IMG/VR virus record: IMGVR_UViG_3300025000_000055
DNA length: 64,000 nt
Source: a virus
Taxonomy: Duplodnaviria; Caudoviricetes
Reading direction: 5' to 3' (one strand)
Shown here: positions 19,832 to 30,437 of the stretch, one piece after another
Layout of the letters: each line of letters begins with the position of its first letter
Position numbering within the stretch: position 1 is the stretch's first letter
The notes under the pieces: model-generated
What the model was told of the DNA's origin: nothing
Database searches by the model: none
What the model saw: only the letters and a program-made list of their open reading frames with translations
Made by a program: the position numbers and the translations under genes

Positions 19832-20608
19832 TTGTCTTTATCAAAAAAATGGTTTATAGATATTGGACATGGTGGAAAAGATCCTGGTGCAATAAATACC
19901 TATATTACAGAAAAATCAATAAATTTAATAGTTGGTCTTGAAGTTGGAAGAATTCTTCAATTAAATGGTCAATTTGTTAAGTATTCGAGGGATACGGATA
20001 TTTCAGTTGATTTAAATCAAAGACCAATAATGGCTAATTCATGGGGGGCTGACTATTTTATTTCAGTCCACCATAACGCTGGTGGTGGTGATGGATTAGT
20101 AATAATTCATTCTGTTAATGGTGGGCCAGGTAAACACTTAGCTGAATTCATAACTCCTATTATATCAGAAGGAACTGGGCAAAATATTCGGGGGGTATAT
20201 TCAAAGAAAGGAAATAACGGAGACTATTATGCTGTAATTAAGTACACTGATATGCCTGCAATTATTATTGAATACGGTTTTCTAGATAATGTTGAAGACT
20301 ATAAATTGTTTGATACTAAACCCGAATTACTAACTGAAGCTAAATATATAGCAAAAGGACTTCTTAATTTTATTGGAATTACTGATATTACTTATGGGGA
20401 GGTGAACAATATTCCTCAGAATGTGAAAAAAAGTAAATATTTCTCTGATGTACCTGAAAATCATTGGGCTATTGAAAATATAGATAAAGCGAAAGAAATT
20501 GGTATTATTTTTGGTATTGGTGGTGGTAAACTTGGTTTTACTGAAGATATGGCCAGAATTATCACTTGGATGCTTAGGGTGATTGAAATTACAAATAAAA
20601 CATCTTAA
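19832..20608 (+). CDS. Endolysin: N-acetylmuramoyl-L-alanine amidase (Amidase_3) with C-terminal SLH domain
   Basis: IDIGHGGKDPGA, EK, FISVHHNA, PAIIIEYGFLDN; FSDVPENHWAIENI..AKEIGII.G. Confidence 0.9.
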   Translation: MSLSKKWFIDIGHGGKDPGAINTYITEKSINLIVGLEVGRILQLNGQFVKYSRDTDISVDLNQRPIMANSWGADYFISVHHNAGGGDGLVIIHSVNGGPGKHLAEFITPIISEGTGQNIRGVYSKKGNNGDYYAVIKYTDMPAIIIEYGFLDNVEDYKLFDTKPELLTEAKYIAKGLLNFIGITDITYGEVNNIPQNVKKSKYFSDVPENHWAIENIDKAKEIGIIFGIGGGKLGFTEDMARIITWMLRVIEITNKTS

Positions 20609-20714
20609 TTTTTTTATAATATAATAGATTTAATAAATCTATTATATTATTTTTTGTATTTTAATCCGAAACTATTATATAAAGATATTTATATAAAGGA
20701 GTTGTTAAAAAATA

Positions 20715-23333
20715 ATGACAGAAATTTTACAATTTAGTTATAATAATAATACTTTAGATTTAGAATCTATAGAAAAAACTATAGTAGAAATAAAACAAAA
20801 TTCATTTCATTATCTTTATAAATTACAATTAGATTTAGCTGGATATAAACGATTTAATTTTAAAATGAGTGATTTAAAATTAATAAATAATATCAATAAA
20901 TCAAGAAGTTATTATCCTAAAAAATATGTTGCCTTTGTTAATGAAAATTTTATTAGTGATATAAATAAAGTATTATATAGGAGATCTTTATTTTTTAATA
21001 AAGAGCTAACTATTTTTGATATATCAAATAATCCAAAAATTTTTACTAAAACATTTATGGTATTTATTAATGGTAAATTGTTTGATACTATTAATATTTT
21101 ATGTAAAGAAGATACCACATATATTATTTTTGATATATATTCAAATAATAATCAAACAGGTATACCATATGAATATTTTAATGAATTAATGAGTATTGAC
21201 GCTGATATAAGTGTTATATTTATAGCTAACTGTGAATATGGTATATATAATACAAATATTAATGTTTTAAAAAAATATTCAAATCAATTATCATTAGATA
21301 GATTTAATATAGTTAATAATTTAGATACTGAAAGTAATTATATTACTTTTATTAATGACAATTCTTTATTATTTCCATCTGTTATAACAGATACTGAAAA
21401 TTCTGAAGGACTTTTAAAATTTTTTAATAATACATTTAATGATTTCCAAAGTAAAATAATCCATATTAATATATTTGGATTCAGACATTTATTTGATCAA
21501 ATAGATTTAGTTGGTACTGAAAAATATTTTCAAATTCCAATTCAAGATATGCCAATTCCAATAGAAAATATAATGATTTTTAAAAATATTGATGGAAAAA
21601 AATATTTTGCTCATGATATTCAATTAAAATTATATTATCCAAATATATATGAAGTTATTAATAATATTAATAATGATAATTTAACATTTTATATTTTTTA
21701 TTCAAATGACACATTTAGTGTAGTTGAAAAATACCAAAATGATTTAGAATTATATTATCAATATACAAGTAATATTTTAGATAAATATAAAGATTCAACT
21801 ATTCTTGAAATTATTAAAACGTATACACCACCTGAATATATATATGATATAAAAGATTATGTGGAAAGTAATTTAGAACATGTTGATTATAAAATTAAAA
21901 CTTTAAAAGATTGGGTAAAATTAAATAGTAAATTATTAGATTCATATTTTACTAGACAAGTTTTAGAATATGGTGGATACTATATAGATGTATCAAAAAT
22001 TGATTTAGAAAGTAGATATAGGATTGATAATTATAGTGAAATTATAGATGAAAATTTACAAGAAACTTTTAGTGAACCTAGATATGTATTTATTTTTAAA
22101 AATGAATTTAATTCACAGTTCTTTAATTTAAGATTTTTTATAGATGGAAAATTATATATTCCTGATAAATTTTATAAAACACAAAAATTCGAATATTATT
22201 ATATTCCAACAACACTTATTACAGAAAATTCTTTAATAGAAATAGAAAAAATGGATAATTTATATATAGAGTTACCACTTAATATAAATTCATTAGATGA
22301 ATTTATATTATTAGAAAATTCAGATTCATCAGAAATTTCAATTAATGATGTATTTATAATTGATAATGATTTATTAACATTTATTGATAGAACCCTTTTT
22401 TCTGTCTTTGTTAAAGATGAAAATAATGAATATATTGAATTACTAGATAATAATACTTTTGTATCAGATAAACAATTATTTATTAAGTTAAAGGATATAG
22501 ATTTATTAACAAAAAATCTAACTTTATATGTTATAAAAAAATCTAAAATATATGAGTGGGAGATATTAACAGAACAAGATGAAAATAATAATAATTATTT
22601 TATAATAGAAAATGAAAATTTAATAAATGATATAAGACAATTTAGAATATACAAAAATGGTTATTTTTTACCATCATCTTTATATATAATCAAATTCATA
22701 GATTTTAATACAATTACGATAAATTTTACTATGAAAAAAAATATTGGAGATAAATTTATAATCGAAACGACTCCATATAAATATAAATTAATTCATAATC
22801 AAAGTACAATAAATAATAATGGATATATTGATTTAAATGGGCTTATTTGTAGACCACTAAATTTAAAGTGGTATGATTTGTATTTAAATGGTATTAAATT
22901 AAATAGAAATAATATTCATATTTTATCACCTACTAAAATGATTATTAAAAATGTACAAACTATTAAAAATTTTATTATAATTGAAAAAAACAGAGATGAT
23001 GAATTTATTTCATTAAAAGATTGTGTTCCTACAATTATTGATACATTATTAACAACTAATGGTGAATTTATAAATAATATTACTAGTCAAAATAGTGATA
23101 TTATAGATTCATTACCAGATATTTTATCAGATGTATTCACATTATTTGATATGGAATTACTTAATTTCTATACTAATATTTTATCACAAATGTTAATAAA
23201 TCCCGATTTAGAACAAATTATAGATGAGTTCAGAAATGAATTCCCAAATGTGTTTATTGAATCTGATTTTATAATAAAACCAGATTTAGAAACTAACCCC
23301 GATAATATTTTAGAAATAAATCCAGATAAATAA
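20715..23333 (+). CDS. Large virion structural protein (872 aa)
   Basis: Long ORF in a late cluster with repeated VFINGK/FFIDGK/IYKNG/LYLNG beta motifs; AACT-N6-TA at 20670. Confidence 0.6.
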   Translation: MTEILQFSYNNNTLDLESIEKTIVEIKQNSFHYLYKLQLDLAGYKRFNFKMSDLKLINNINKSRSYYPKKYVAFVNENFISDINKVLYRRSLFFNKELTIFDISNNPKIFTKTFMVFINGKLFDTINILCKEDTTYIIFDIYSNNNQTGIPYEYFNELMSIDADISVIFIANCEYGIYNTNINVLKKYSNQLSLDRFNIVNNLDTESNYITFINDNSLLFPSVITDTENSEGLLKFFNNTFNDFQSKIIHINIFGFRHLFDQIDLVGTEKYFQIPIQDMPIPIENIMIFKNIDGKKYFAHDIQLKLYYPNIYEVINNINNDNLTFYIFYSNDTFSVVEKYQNDLELYYQYTSNILDKYKDSTILEIIKTYTPPEYIYDIKDYVESNLEHVDYKIKTLKDWVKLNSKLLDSYFTRQVLEYGGYYIDVSKIDLESRYRIDNYSEIIDENLQETFSEPRYVFIFKNEFNSQFFNLRFFIDGKLYIPDKFYKTQKFEYYYIPTTLITENSLIEIEKMDNLYIELPLNINSLDEFILLENSDSSEISINDVFIIDNDLLTFIDRTLFSVFVKDENNEYIELLDNNTFVSDKQLFIKLKDIDLLTKNLTLYVIKKSKIYEWEILTEQDENNNNYFIIENENLINDIRQFRIYKNGYFLPSSLYIIKFIDFNTITINFTMKKNIGDKFIIETTPYKYKLIHNQSTINNNGYIDLNGLICRPLNLKWYDLYLNGIKLNRNNIHILSPTKMIIKNVQTIKNFIIIEKNRDDEFISLKDCVPTIIDTLLTTNGEFINNITSQNSDIIDSLPDILSDVFTLFDMELLNFYTNILSQMLINPDLEQIIDEFRNEFPNVFIESDFIIKPDLETNPDNILEINPDK

Positions 23334-23379
23334 TAATTAAATTCTATTTTACTCTTAAAGTAAACTTTTTAAATAAAAA

Positions 23380-23391
23380 AACATTATTATA
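23380..23391 (+). promoter_or_regulatory. Late-type promoter AACA-N6-TA
   Basis: AACA-TTATTA-TA. Confidence 0.6.
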
Positions 23392-23420
23392 ATAACTTTT
23401 AAAAAGAGGGTGAGATTTAA

Positions 23421-24047
23421 ATGGCAAATCGTTTTGCAGTTTCACTTTTATCAAGAGAAAATAAAAATATATCTTTACCTGAAGAGGTTATGATTCATAA
23501 AAGTACTGGTCAAATTTTAAATAAAACAATTTCAGGAGATATTATTTCATTTGATAAATTAGCTAGAATAAAAAATCATGTGGATACTACAAATATTATT
23601 TGTTTAAATTTAGATATTAACGGAGATATGTATACATTAGATTTAGGTGATGACGAACTACCAGTAATGGTAACATATGGTTTAAATTTATTATCAACAC
23701 CTGTAATAATTCATGAAAATAAAAATTTAGCTAGAACATTATTATCGATTGATTTAGATTGTATTGAATTATCTAATTTAACATCTTTAAATGGATTTGA
23801 ACCTAATGCTATAATAACTTTTGAATTAAAACATGATGTTGATAATCACGTAGTTTCACATATATTAGATGTTCCAATATCTGAATTAAATAATATTATT
23901 ACAGAATTTAATCAGCACATTAATGCTGATGAAAATTTAGAGGATTTTATTATTTCATTAGTATCTATTGTTTTAAATAAAAATATTTTAGATGTAAATG
24001 AAAAAAATGCAAGCATTTTATATAATATCCTAATTATAAATGAATAA
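23421..24047 (+). CDS. Hypothetical protein, probably virion
   Basis: ORF with RBS after a late-type promoter. Confidence 0.65.
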   Translation: MANRFAVSLLSRENKNISLPEEVMIHKSTGQILNKTISGDIISFDKLARIKNHVDTTNIICLNLDINGDMYTLDLGDDELPVMVTYGLNLLSTPVIIHENKNLARTLLSIDLDCIELSNLTSLNGFEPNAIITFELKHDVDNHVVSHILDVPISELNNIITEFNQHINADENLEDFIISLVSIVLNKNILDVNEKNASILYNILIINE

Positions 24048-24062
24048 GGATGTGATTAATCC

Positions 24063-24407
24063 ATGCCCCCATCTCTTAAATTTATAAAAAAAGTAAACTA
24101 TAAATCTACTGCTAATTTATTAGATATTTTAAAATCGTATATCGTTGGTAACACAGATATAAAAGAGTATACAGAAAATAAAATGTATATGAAAGATGAA
24201 TTAATTATTAGATTAAATCAAACTACAAATAAATATGAAGTATTAAAATGTAATTCAGATAATACCACAGGTGTATTTAATGCTAATAGTTGGACATTAA
24301 ATATCCCACCACCTATAAACTTTGATGATGCAATTATAGTTTCAGAAACACAACCTGAAAACACTAATAATAAAATTTGGTTTGAATTAATCAATTATAA
24401 AACTTAG
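24063..24407 (+). CDS. Hypothetical protein, tail-fibre-like C-terminus
   Basis: IIVSETQPENTNNKIWF resembles tail-fibre linker motifs. Confidence 0.6.
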   Translation: MPPSLKFIKKVNYKSTANLLDILKSYIVGNTDIKEYTENKMYMKDELIIRLNQTTNKYEVLKCNSDNTTGVFNANSWTLNIPPPINFDDAIIVSETQPENTNNKIWFELINYKT

Positions 24408-24424
24408 TGCTAATTAATTTTATA

Positions 24425-24466
24425 AACATAAAGAATATATGTAGACTTACATATATTCTTTATGTT
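24425..24466. terminator. Hairpin terminator
   Basis: 19-bp stem AACATAAAGAATATATGTA with GACT loop. Confidence 0.7.
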
Positions 24467-24482
24467 CTTATCTATATATTAA

Positions 24483-24494
24483 AACAATAATATA
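24483..24494 (+). promoter_or_regulatory. Late-type promoter AACA-N6-TA
   Basis: AACA-ATAATA-TA. Confidence 0.6.
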
Positions 24495-24528
24495 AAAATT
24501 TTATTAAAAAGGGGGTTATTATCAAATT

Positions 24529-25059
24529 ATGTTTAATTTTTTTAAGAAAGAACAATCTGACCTAAATGAGCATATCTTTTTTTCAAACATAAATTATTGG
24601 GTCAATATCGGTATCGACAAAATTCCCATTACTAATCCTATAAAAAAAAGAGTTGTTAGTAAATTTTTAAAAATTAAATTTCTTTCATACGATAAACATC
24701 TAAAAGATTTCATTAAGAAAACTGTTAATACAACAAAAGAATGTGATATAGTTGAAATACAAAATTTATTGATTGAAATTGTAAAAGATTATGAGGATGA
24801 AATTAATAAAAAAGGTATACCTGACATATTTATAGAAAAATTTAAAAAGATCCATGAAAATAATCTTCAGATAATATTTGATGCAATAGGTTCTATATGC
24901 ACAAGTAAATTTTATGAATCTTTATATGAAAAAATGGCTGCTATACTAGATATATTGTTATTTTCATTTAGAGTTACATTTACAGATGTTGAAAAAACTG
25001 TCAATGAATTAAATGGTGAAATAGAAAGTGTGCTTAAAGGTTCTATTTTTGATATTTAA
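24529..25059 (+). CDS. Hypothetical helical protein
   Basis: ORF with GGGGG RBS. Confidence 0.7.
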   Translation: MFNFFKKEQSDLNEHIFFSNINYWVNIGIDKIPITNPIKKRVVSKFLKIKFLSYDKHLKDFIKKTVNTTKECDIVEIQNLLIEIVKDYEDEINKKGIPDIFIEKFKKIHENNLQIIFDAIGSICTSKFYESLYEKMAAILDILLFSFRVTFTDVEKTVNELNGEIESVLKGSIFDI

Positions 25060-25069
25060 AAAATAAACC

Positions 25070-25582
25070 TTGGAGGTTTTTATTATGGAAAATCTCAGTA
25101 TTGATGTATTTTTACAATATGGGATTCTAGGTATTATAGCATGGGTTTTTTTAAAAATGACCAATAAACTTTTTAACTCCCAACTAGAACAATTTAAACT
25201 TTTACTCGATACTATAATTCAAAAAGATGAAAAACCAGTAAAAGATATTGAAGAAAGTATTTCATTAATACAGCAGATGATGAATAATCATCAAAAATAC
25301 CTGATCGAAAATATACATAATTTGACAGATAAAATTAATAACTGTATAAATGAAAAGGATGATGTTTGGAAATTATTTATGAATCATGAACAACAATCAA
25401 TACAACATGCACAAGACATAAATGAACATTTAAATGAATTCAGAACACTCTTAACTAACATCGAAAAAAGATATAATAACAAAATATCATATGAAAAATT
25501 AGAATTTCTATTGAACGAAAAGACAACATTGACACAATCTGACATAAGGGATATAATTGAAAATGTTAAAAGTAATGAATAA
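25070..25582 (+). CDS. Membrane-anchored coiled-coil protein, BhlA-holin-like N-terminus
   Basis: QYGILGIIAWVFLK transmembrane segment followed by coiled coil. Confidence 0.5.
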   Translation: MEVFIMENLSIDVFLQYGILGIIAWVFLKMTNKLFNSQLEQFKLLLDTIIQKDEKPVKDIEESISLIQQMMNNHQKYLIENIHNLTDKINNCINEKDDVWKLFMNHEQQSIQHAQDINEHLNEFRTLLTNIEKRYNNKISYEKLEFLLNEKTTLTQSDIRDIIENVKSNE

Positions 25583-25624
25583 AAAAATAAGATAAGATGA
25601 TATTTAGTATCATCTTATCTTATT

Positions 25625-25888
25625 TTATTTAGTTACTAATATATAATTATCTTGAAATAATACACTATTTTTACCACTTTTACTATTATATTTTTCAATT
25701 ACTAAATTTTCTTGTTCCAATAATTCTTTTAACTCATTACTTATTAATTCTTTTAATTTACTTTTATAAACATCAGACATTACTAATTTACATATTTTAT
25801 AAATTTTACATTTATCTGCATTACAAATATAGTCTTCTCTTAAACAATTATTAGTAACAGCTTTCTTTAAATCACAATTTGTAAACAA
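25625..25888 (-). CDS. Hypothetical protein with Cys cluster
   Basis: GGGGG RBS; C..C..C..C in the N-terminus. Confidence 0.65.
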   Translation of the reverse strand: MFTNCDLKKAVTNNCLREDYICNADKCKIYKICKLVMSDVYKSKLKELISNELKELLEQENLVIEKYNSKSGKNSVLFQDNYILVTK

Positions 25889-26004
25889 TTAAATACCCCC
25901 TCTTTTATTTTCAGGTAACTCTTATTATATTATTATAAACATTTACCCATTTTTAATTAAATTAATGTTAAATCATTCTGCAATTATAGTTCTATAGTAA
26001 AATA

Positions 26005-26223
26005 TTATAATGAAAATGTTAAAAATTTTCCTAGAAAATTATTATCCATCCAATATTTAACTATATCTTCCCGTGTATATATCTTAATTTTATCAATTAT
26101 TTTATATACATAAGTAGTATTATTTTCACAATCAAAAAAGGCATTAATCATTGCTTCATCTAATGTTTTATGGTATCTTCCTTTATCAATACCCATCTCA
26201 ATATAATTAGATACTATACTCAT
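26005..26223 (-). CDS. Hypothetical protein (72 aa)
   Basis: AGGAGG RBS. Confidence 0.7.
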   Translation of the reverse strand: MSIVSNYIEMGIDKGRYHKTLDEAMINAFFDCENNTTYVYKIIDKIKIYTREDIVKYWMDNNFLGKFLTFSL

Positions 26224-26246
26224 TTTAAAAAGTACCTCCTAATTAA

Positions 26247-26431
26247 TTATTTTGAATAAAAGTCGTTCATTCCAATATTTTTCAATACCATTTCTTCTAT
26301 ATATATTTTACATCATCACTTAATTTCATACTAAATATATGATTAGATAATCTAAATTCTGTCACTATAAAAGTTTCTATTAAACCATTCTTTAATTGAA
26401 CCTTTATCGTTTTTCTCATAAACAGTATCAT
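26247..26431 (-). pseudogene. Small ORF coupled to the ppk stop, apparently frameshifted at a (TA)n run
   Basis: ATG overlaps the ppk TGA; 44 codons to TAG at ...AAA TAT ATA TAG; the alternative frame continues EEMVLKNIGMNDFYSK*. Confidence 0.3.
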
Positions 26432-28551
26432 ATTATTTTCTTTATTTTAGACATTTTAGGAATTGTCCGTAATTTATAGTTATTAACAGCTTCATCCATA
26501 AAATACTCATGTATATTAAATACATTGTTAATAATCTTTAATAAAGAATATTTACCTTCTTTATCCATAACATATGTATTTACACTATCTTTAAAGTAAT
26601 ATGTTAATATAGATAAAGCTTTTATTTTTATATTTTCCTCATCTAGAGGAATTAAAATTTCTACCCTCCTATCTAAATTTCTAGTAAGTAAATCTGCACT
26701 TGAAATATAAATTCCTGTATTATGAAAGTAATACATACGGCTATGTTCTAAATATCTACCTATTATACTTCTGATAGTTATATTTTTATTAATAGGTTTC
26801 ATAGAACAAATTCCTCTACAAACAATATTAACCTTTACTCCATTTTCAGATGCAAAGTATAATTTCTTTATTATATCTTTGTCAGACAATGAATTTAATT
26901 TTAATGTAATACATGATTTCTTTTTATTTTTAGCTTGTTTAATTTCATTATCTATTAACTGATGTAATTTATTTCTTAAATTATATGGAGCAAAATATAA
27001 TTTATTTATATCTGTAGATGGTTCAGAAAAACCTGATAATATATTGAATATATTAAGTAAGTCCTCCCCTATCTTTTGATTAGAAGTGAAATAAGACAAA
27101 TCTGTATAAATCTCAGATGTTTTATCATTATAATTACCTGTGCCTAAATGAGAATATAATTTTAATCCTCCTTTATGAGTTCTTTTAACAACTACTATAA
27201 ATTTACAATGAGTTTTTAAATCATCCATTCCATGAATTATTCTACAACCAGCTAATTTTAATTTTTCTATTAAAGATATATTTCTATTCTCATCAAACCT
27301 AGCTTTTATTTCTAATAAAACACTAACTTGTTTACCATTTAAAGATGCTTTACATAAAGCTTCAACTATAGGTGAATCTATTGAAGAAACTCTGTATAAA
27401 GTTTGTTTAATGGCGACAATACTAATATCAACAGAAGCATGTTCAATAAATTTTACTATTGGATTAAAACTCTCATACGGATGATGTAATAAAATATCAT
27501 TGTTATCAATGGCTGTAAACATATCATGTTCACCTATTAATTCTTGTGGATATTGAGAACTAAATTCATCATACTGTAAAATTTGATTTTTAATTGGCAT
27601 AGAAATAAAAAATGAATAATCTAATATAGTATCAGTCTTAAATACATGACTTTTATTTAATTTAAATATTTTCGTTAATATCTTTATTACTTGTTTAGAT
27701 AAGTTATCTGTTACTTCCATAAATAGTGGATCACTATATTCTCTTAACAAGAGAGTTGATTTCATTCTATCAACAATATAAATGTCTATATCATGTTCCA
27801 TTTCAGTATTGGCTTCTTTTAAAATTCTCATGCACCCTTTATTTAAAATATTTTTATTAACAAATATTTTATTTAAGAATGTAAAAATAATATCTTCAAG
27901 AAAGATATATTTATTTGTTTCATCATCAGTTTCAATCTTATATAATCTGTCAAGATGTTCTATTGGTATTATAGATATAACTTGAAGATTATTATTATAT
28001 TTATCCTCTAATGATACAATTATATTCAATTGTTTAGATTTGATTGGTGGGAAGTCTTTAGTAGTATCATATGATATTGGTGTTAAAAGAGGGTAAATAT
28101 TTTTATTAAATAAATTTTCTATATATTCTTTCTCTTTCTTTGTTAAATTATCGTATTTGCAAATATGAATATTATTCTTGTTAATGATTTTTAATAAATT
28201 TTTATAACTACTATTTTGTAATAATTTAAATTCTTTAATAATATCTAGAACTTTATCATATTCATCCTCATAATTTAATCCAGATATATCTTCATTTCTT
28301 TCATTAATAAGATTATTTACTAAAGATGCAAATCTAACCATAATAAATTCATCTAAATTACTAGATGAAATACCTAAGAATTTTAATCTTTCTAATATAG
28401 GTACCTCATTTCTAATACTTTGATGTAAAACTCTTTTATTAAAATCTAACCAACTTAATTCTCTGTTAATATAAAAATGTGACTTATTAAAAGAATTAAA
28501 TTGTTTTATTTCATTATTTAATAAGGATGTAAAATTATTATTTAAAGTCAA
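26428..28551 (-). CDS. ppk1: Polyphosphate kinase 1, full length (707 aa)
   Basis: INRELSWLDFNKRVL, ERLKFLGISSSNLDEF, HHPYESF (autophosphorylated His), KQTLYR, ARFDE, KTHCK, HLGTGNYN, RYLEHSR, SSADLLTRNLDRRVE. Confidence 0.95.
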   Translation of the reverse strand: MTLNNNFTSLLNNEIKQFNSFNKSHFYINRELSWLDFNKRVLHQSIRNEVPILERLKFLGISSSNLDEFIMVRFASLVNNLINERNEDISGLNYEDEYDKVLDIIKEFKLLQNSSYKNLLKIINKNNIHICKYDNLTKKEKEYIENLFNKNIYPLLTPISYDTTKDFPPIKSKQLNIIVSLEDKYNNNLQVISIIPIEHLDRLYKIETDDETNKYIFLEDIIFTFLNKIFVNKNILNKGCMRILKEANTEMEHDIDIYIVDRMKSTLLLREYSDPLFMEVTDNLSKQVIKILTKIFKLNKSHVFKTDTILDYSFFISMPIKNQILQYDEFSSQYPQELIGEHDMFTAIDNNDILLHHPYESFNPIVKFIEHASVDISIVAIKQTLYRVSSIDSPIVEALCKASLNGKQVSVLLEIKARFDENRNISLIEKLKLAGCRIIHGMDDLKTHCKFIVVVKRTHKGGLKLYSHLGTGNYNDKTSEIYTDLSYFTSNQKIGEDLLNIFNILSGFSEPSTDINKLYFAPYNLRNKLHQLIDNEIKQAKNKKKSCITLKLNSLSDKDIIKKLYFASENGVKVNIVCRGICSMKPINKNITIRSIIGRYLEHSRMYYFHNTGIYISSADLLTRNLDRRVEILIPLDEENIKIKALSILTYYFKDSVNTYVMDKEGKYSLLKIINNVFNIHEYFMDEAVNNYKLRTIPKMSKIKKII

Positions 28552-28596
28552 ATCAATTACCTCCTAATATTTATTTATTTATTAATATTCACTGTT

Positions 28597-28606
28597 ATAA
28601 TATATA
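28597..28606 (-). promoter_or_regulatory. Early-type promoter TATATATTAT upstream of ppk1
   Basis: Exact motif, followed by the AGGAGG RBS. Confidence 0.6.
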
Positions 28607-28610
28607 AATA

Positions 28611-28642
28611 AAAAGAAGATAACTATATAGTTATCTTCTTTT
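28611..28642. terminator. 32-bp perfect palindrome
   Basis: AAAAGAAGATAACTAT|ATAGTTATCTTCTTTT. Confidence 0.65.
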
Positions 28643-28660
28643 ATAAAATAATTATTTTAA

Positions 28661-29044
28661 TCATTTTTTATTTATTTGTAAAACATGACACCATTTAAAA
28701 AATCTATCACCCTGATTAGTAGATATGTTAACCCCTCTCCAAGTAATTGCTTTTACAATACCATATCCTAAATCATTATCATATTTATAAATAATAGTAT
28801 CACCTAAATTTACTTTTTTTCTAAATGTATTTTCGTCCACTGATTTATATCCTATTGAACCATAACTACGGTTTTTGATTATTTCAGTTTTTGCATATTT
28901 TAATAAATCTACCTTGTCCTCTTCCAAATTAATATAAAATCATTCTGGTATAACAAGTAGTTGGTTTTTGTTTTTATTAGATTTAATTTTTTTAACTAAC
29001 TCACTAAATTTTTCACCATATACAACTTCTATAATTATTACCAA
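28661..29044 (-). pseudogene. Hypothetical gene with one in-frame TGA (28940-28942)
   Basis: AAGGAGG RBS before TTG at 29044; frame stays open after the TGA into the ORF called at 28927, which has no RBS. Confidence 0.4.
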
Positions 29045-29102
29045 TATATTAACCTCCTTTTTATATAAAAAATTAATTTAATGTATATAATATAATAAAT
29101 TT

Positions 29103-30347
29103 CTATTTTTCTTCATTAAATCCATATACATCTAACATTAATGTATTTATATATAAAGCATTTACATATATTATTAATCTATATGTTGAATATGTATTAA
29201 CATTTTTTGTTATTAGAGTTAATGTGCTAAAATCAATATCATACTCACCTATATCTCTATTTAACATTTTATTATCCATCATAACATAAAACTTCAGTAT
29301 TGTTTCTAATGGAATACCATGGGTTAAACAATAGTCAATGGATGCTAATATACTTTTATTTAATACTTGTTTTATATCCATTAAATCAGGTTGATCATTA
29401 TTTTCAACCTTATATAAAGGATAAGCATATAACGTCCATCCAGTAGGAATTTGTTCAGTAAATAAATTACTAATAGTAAACATTGGTATTATTTGATTTT
29501 TATTATCAACTATCGATAAATCAGTTTCTGTTATTATTCCTGATGATTGAGTTAGATAATAATACAAACCAGCACCATTAAATTCAGTTGAAACTGTAAA
29601 AGTTGTCGCATATGAATCTGCAATCATTCCTTTTTTATTTCCATCATCAATAGTTAAATTAGAAAAAGTTGTATCAATATTAACAGGATAAAATCTAAAA
29701 AATTCATCATTAGCTGAAGCATTTTTTACTTTATATGTTATTGGAAATATTGATACTCCATTCATATAATCTAAAAAAGTTTTAATACTTCCATCAATAG
29801 TATATAAATCAATTCCTATATCTTTAGCTAAAAGTTCCATAAGACCTCTAGGAATATAACTTTCTAAGCATGTTTCTAAAAAAAATGGTTTATCTTGTCT
29901 TATTCTATTCTTTAAATAATTAGCTTGATTTAATTGTTGTATTTGAGTATCTGTTATTATAGTTACATCAAAATACATTTTTATACGATTTAATAAATAT
30001 TTTATATAAACTCCTTTTGTTCTATCTTCAATAAATGGTTGTAGATTACTAAAATCTATATCCATAAAATTATCTGTAATTCTAGTAGTTAAATATGTTC
30101 CGTAAAGAAATGTATCACTATCATCTAATTCAATTCTTGGTTTAATTATTAATATAGGTTTATTCTTTTTTATAAATTCTTTATTTGAATTTTGAAATAT
30201 ATTAAACTGTTTATAAGCTATAGTGGAACTAATATGAATAGTTTTAAAATAATTTGGAGTAAATAAACTCCTAACAAATTCCGTCATAAAAGAAGTAATG
30301 TTACCAAATGTATGGGCCAATGATGTTTGAGCCATAGCATATTCCAT
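29103..30347 (-). CDS. Conserved jumbo-phage virion protein (414 aa)
   Basis: AGGAGG RBS; late-type promoter at 30379-30390. Confidence 0.65.
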   Translation of the reverse strand: MEYAMAQTSLAHTFGNITSFMTEFVRSLFTPNYFKTIHISSTIAYKQFNIFQNSNKEFIKKNKPILIIKPRIELDDSDTFLYGTYLTTRITDNFMDIDFSNLQPFIEDRTKGVYIKYLLNRIKMYFDVTIITDTQIQQLNQANYLKNRIRQDKPFFLETCLESYIPRGLMELLAKDIGIDLYTIDGSIKTFLDYMNGVSIFPITYKVKNASANDEFFRFYPVNIDTTFSNLTIDDGNKKGMIADSYATTFTVSTEFNGAGLYYYLTQSSGIITETDLSIVDNKNQIIPMFTISNLFTEQIPTGWTLYAYPLYKVENNDQPDLMDIKQVLNKSILASIDYCLTHGIPLETILKFYVMMDNKMLNRDIGEYDIDFSTLTLITKNVNTYSTYRLIIYVNALYINTLMLDVYGFNEEK

Positions 30348-30378
30348 AAAATTAACCTCCTAATTTTTTATTATGTAT

Positions 30379-30390
30379 TAAATGAATGTT
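30379..30390 (-). promoter_or_regulatory. Late-type promoter AACA-N6-TA
   Basis: Minus strand AACA-TTCATT-TA. Confidence 0.6.
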
Positions 30391-30437
30391 TTGATATAAA
30401 AAATAAAGGAAAAAAATAAGGATGAGATAAATCATCC

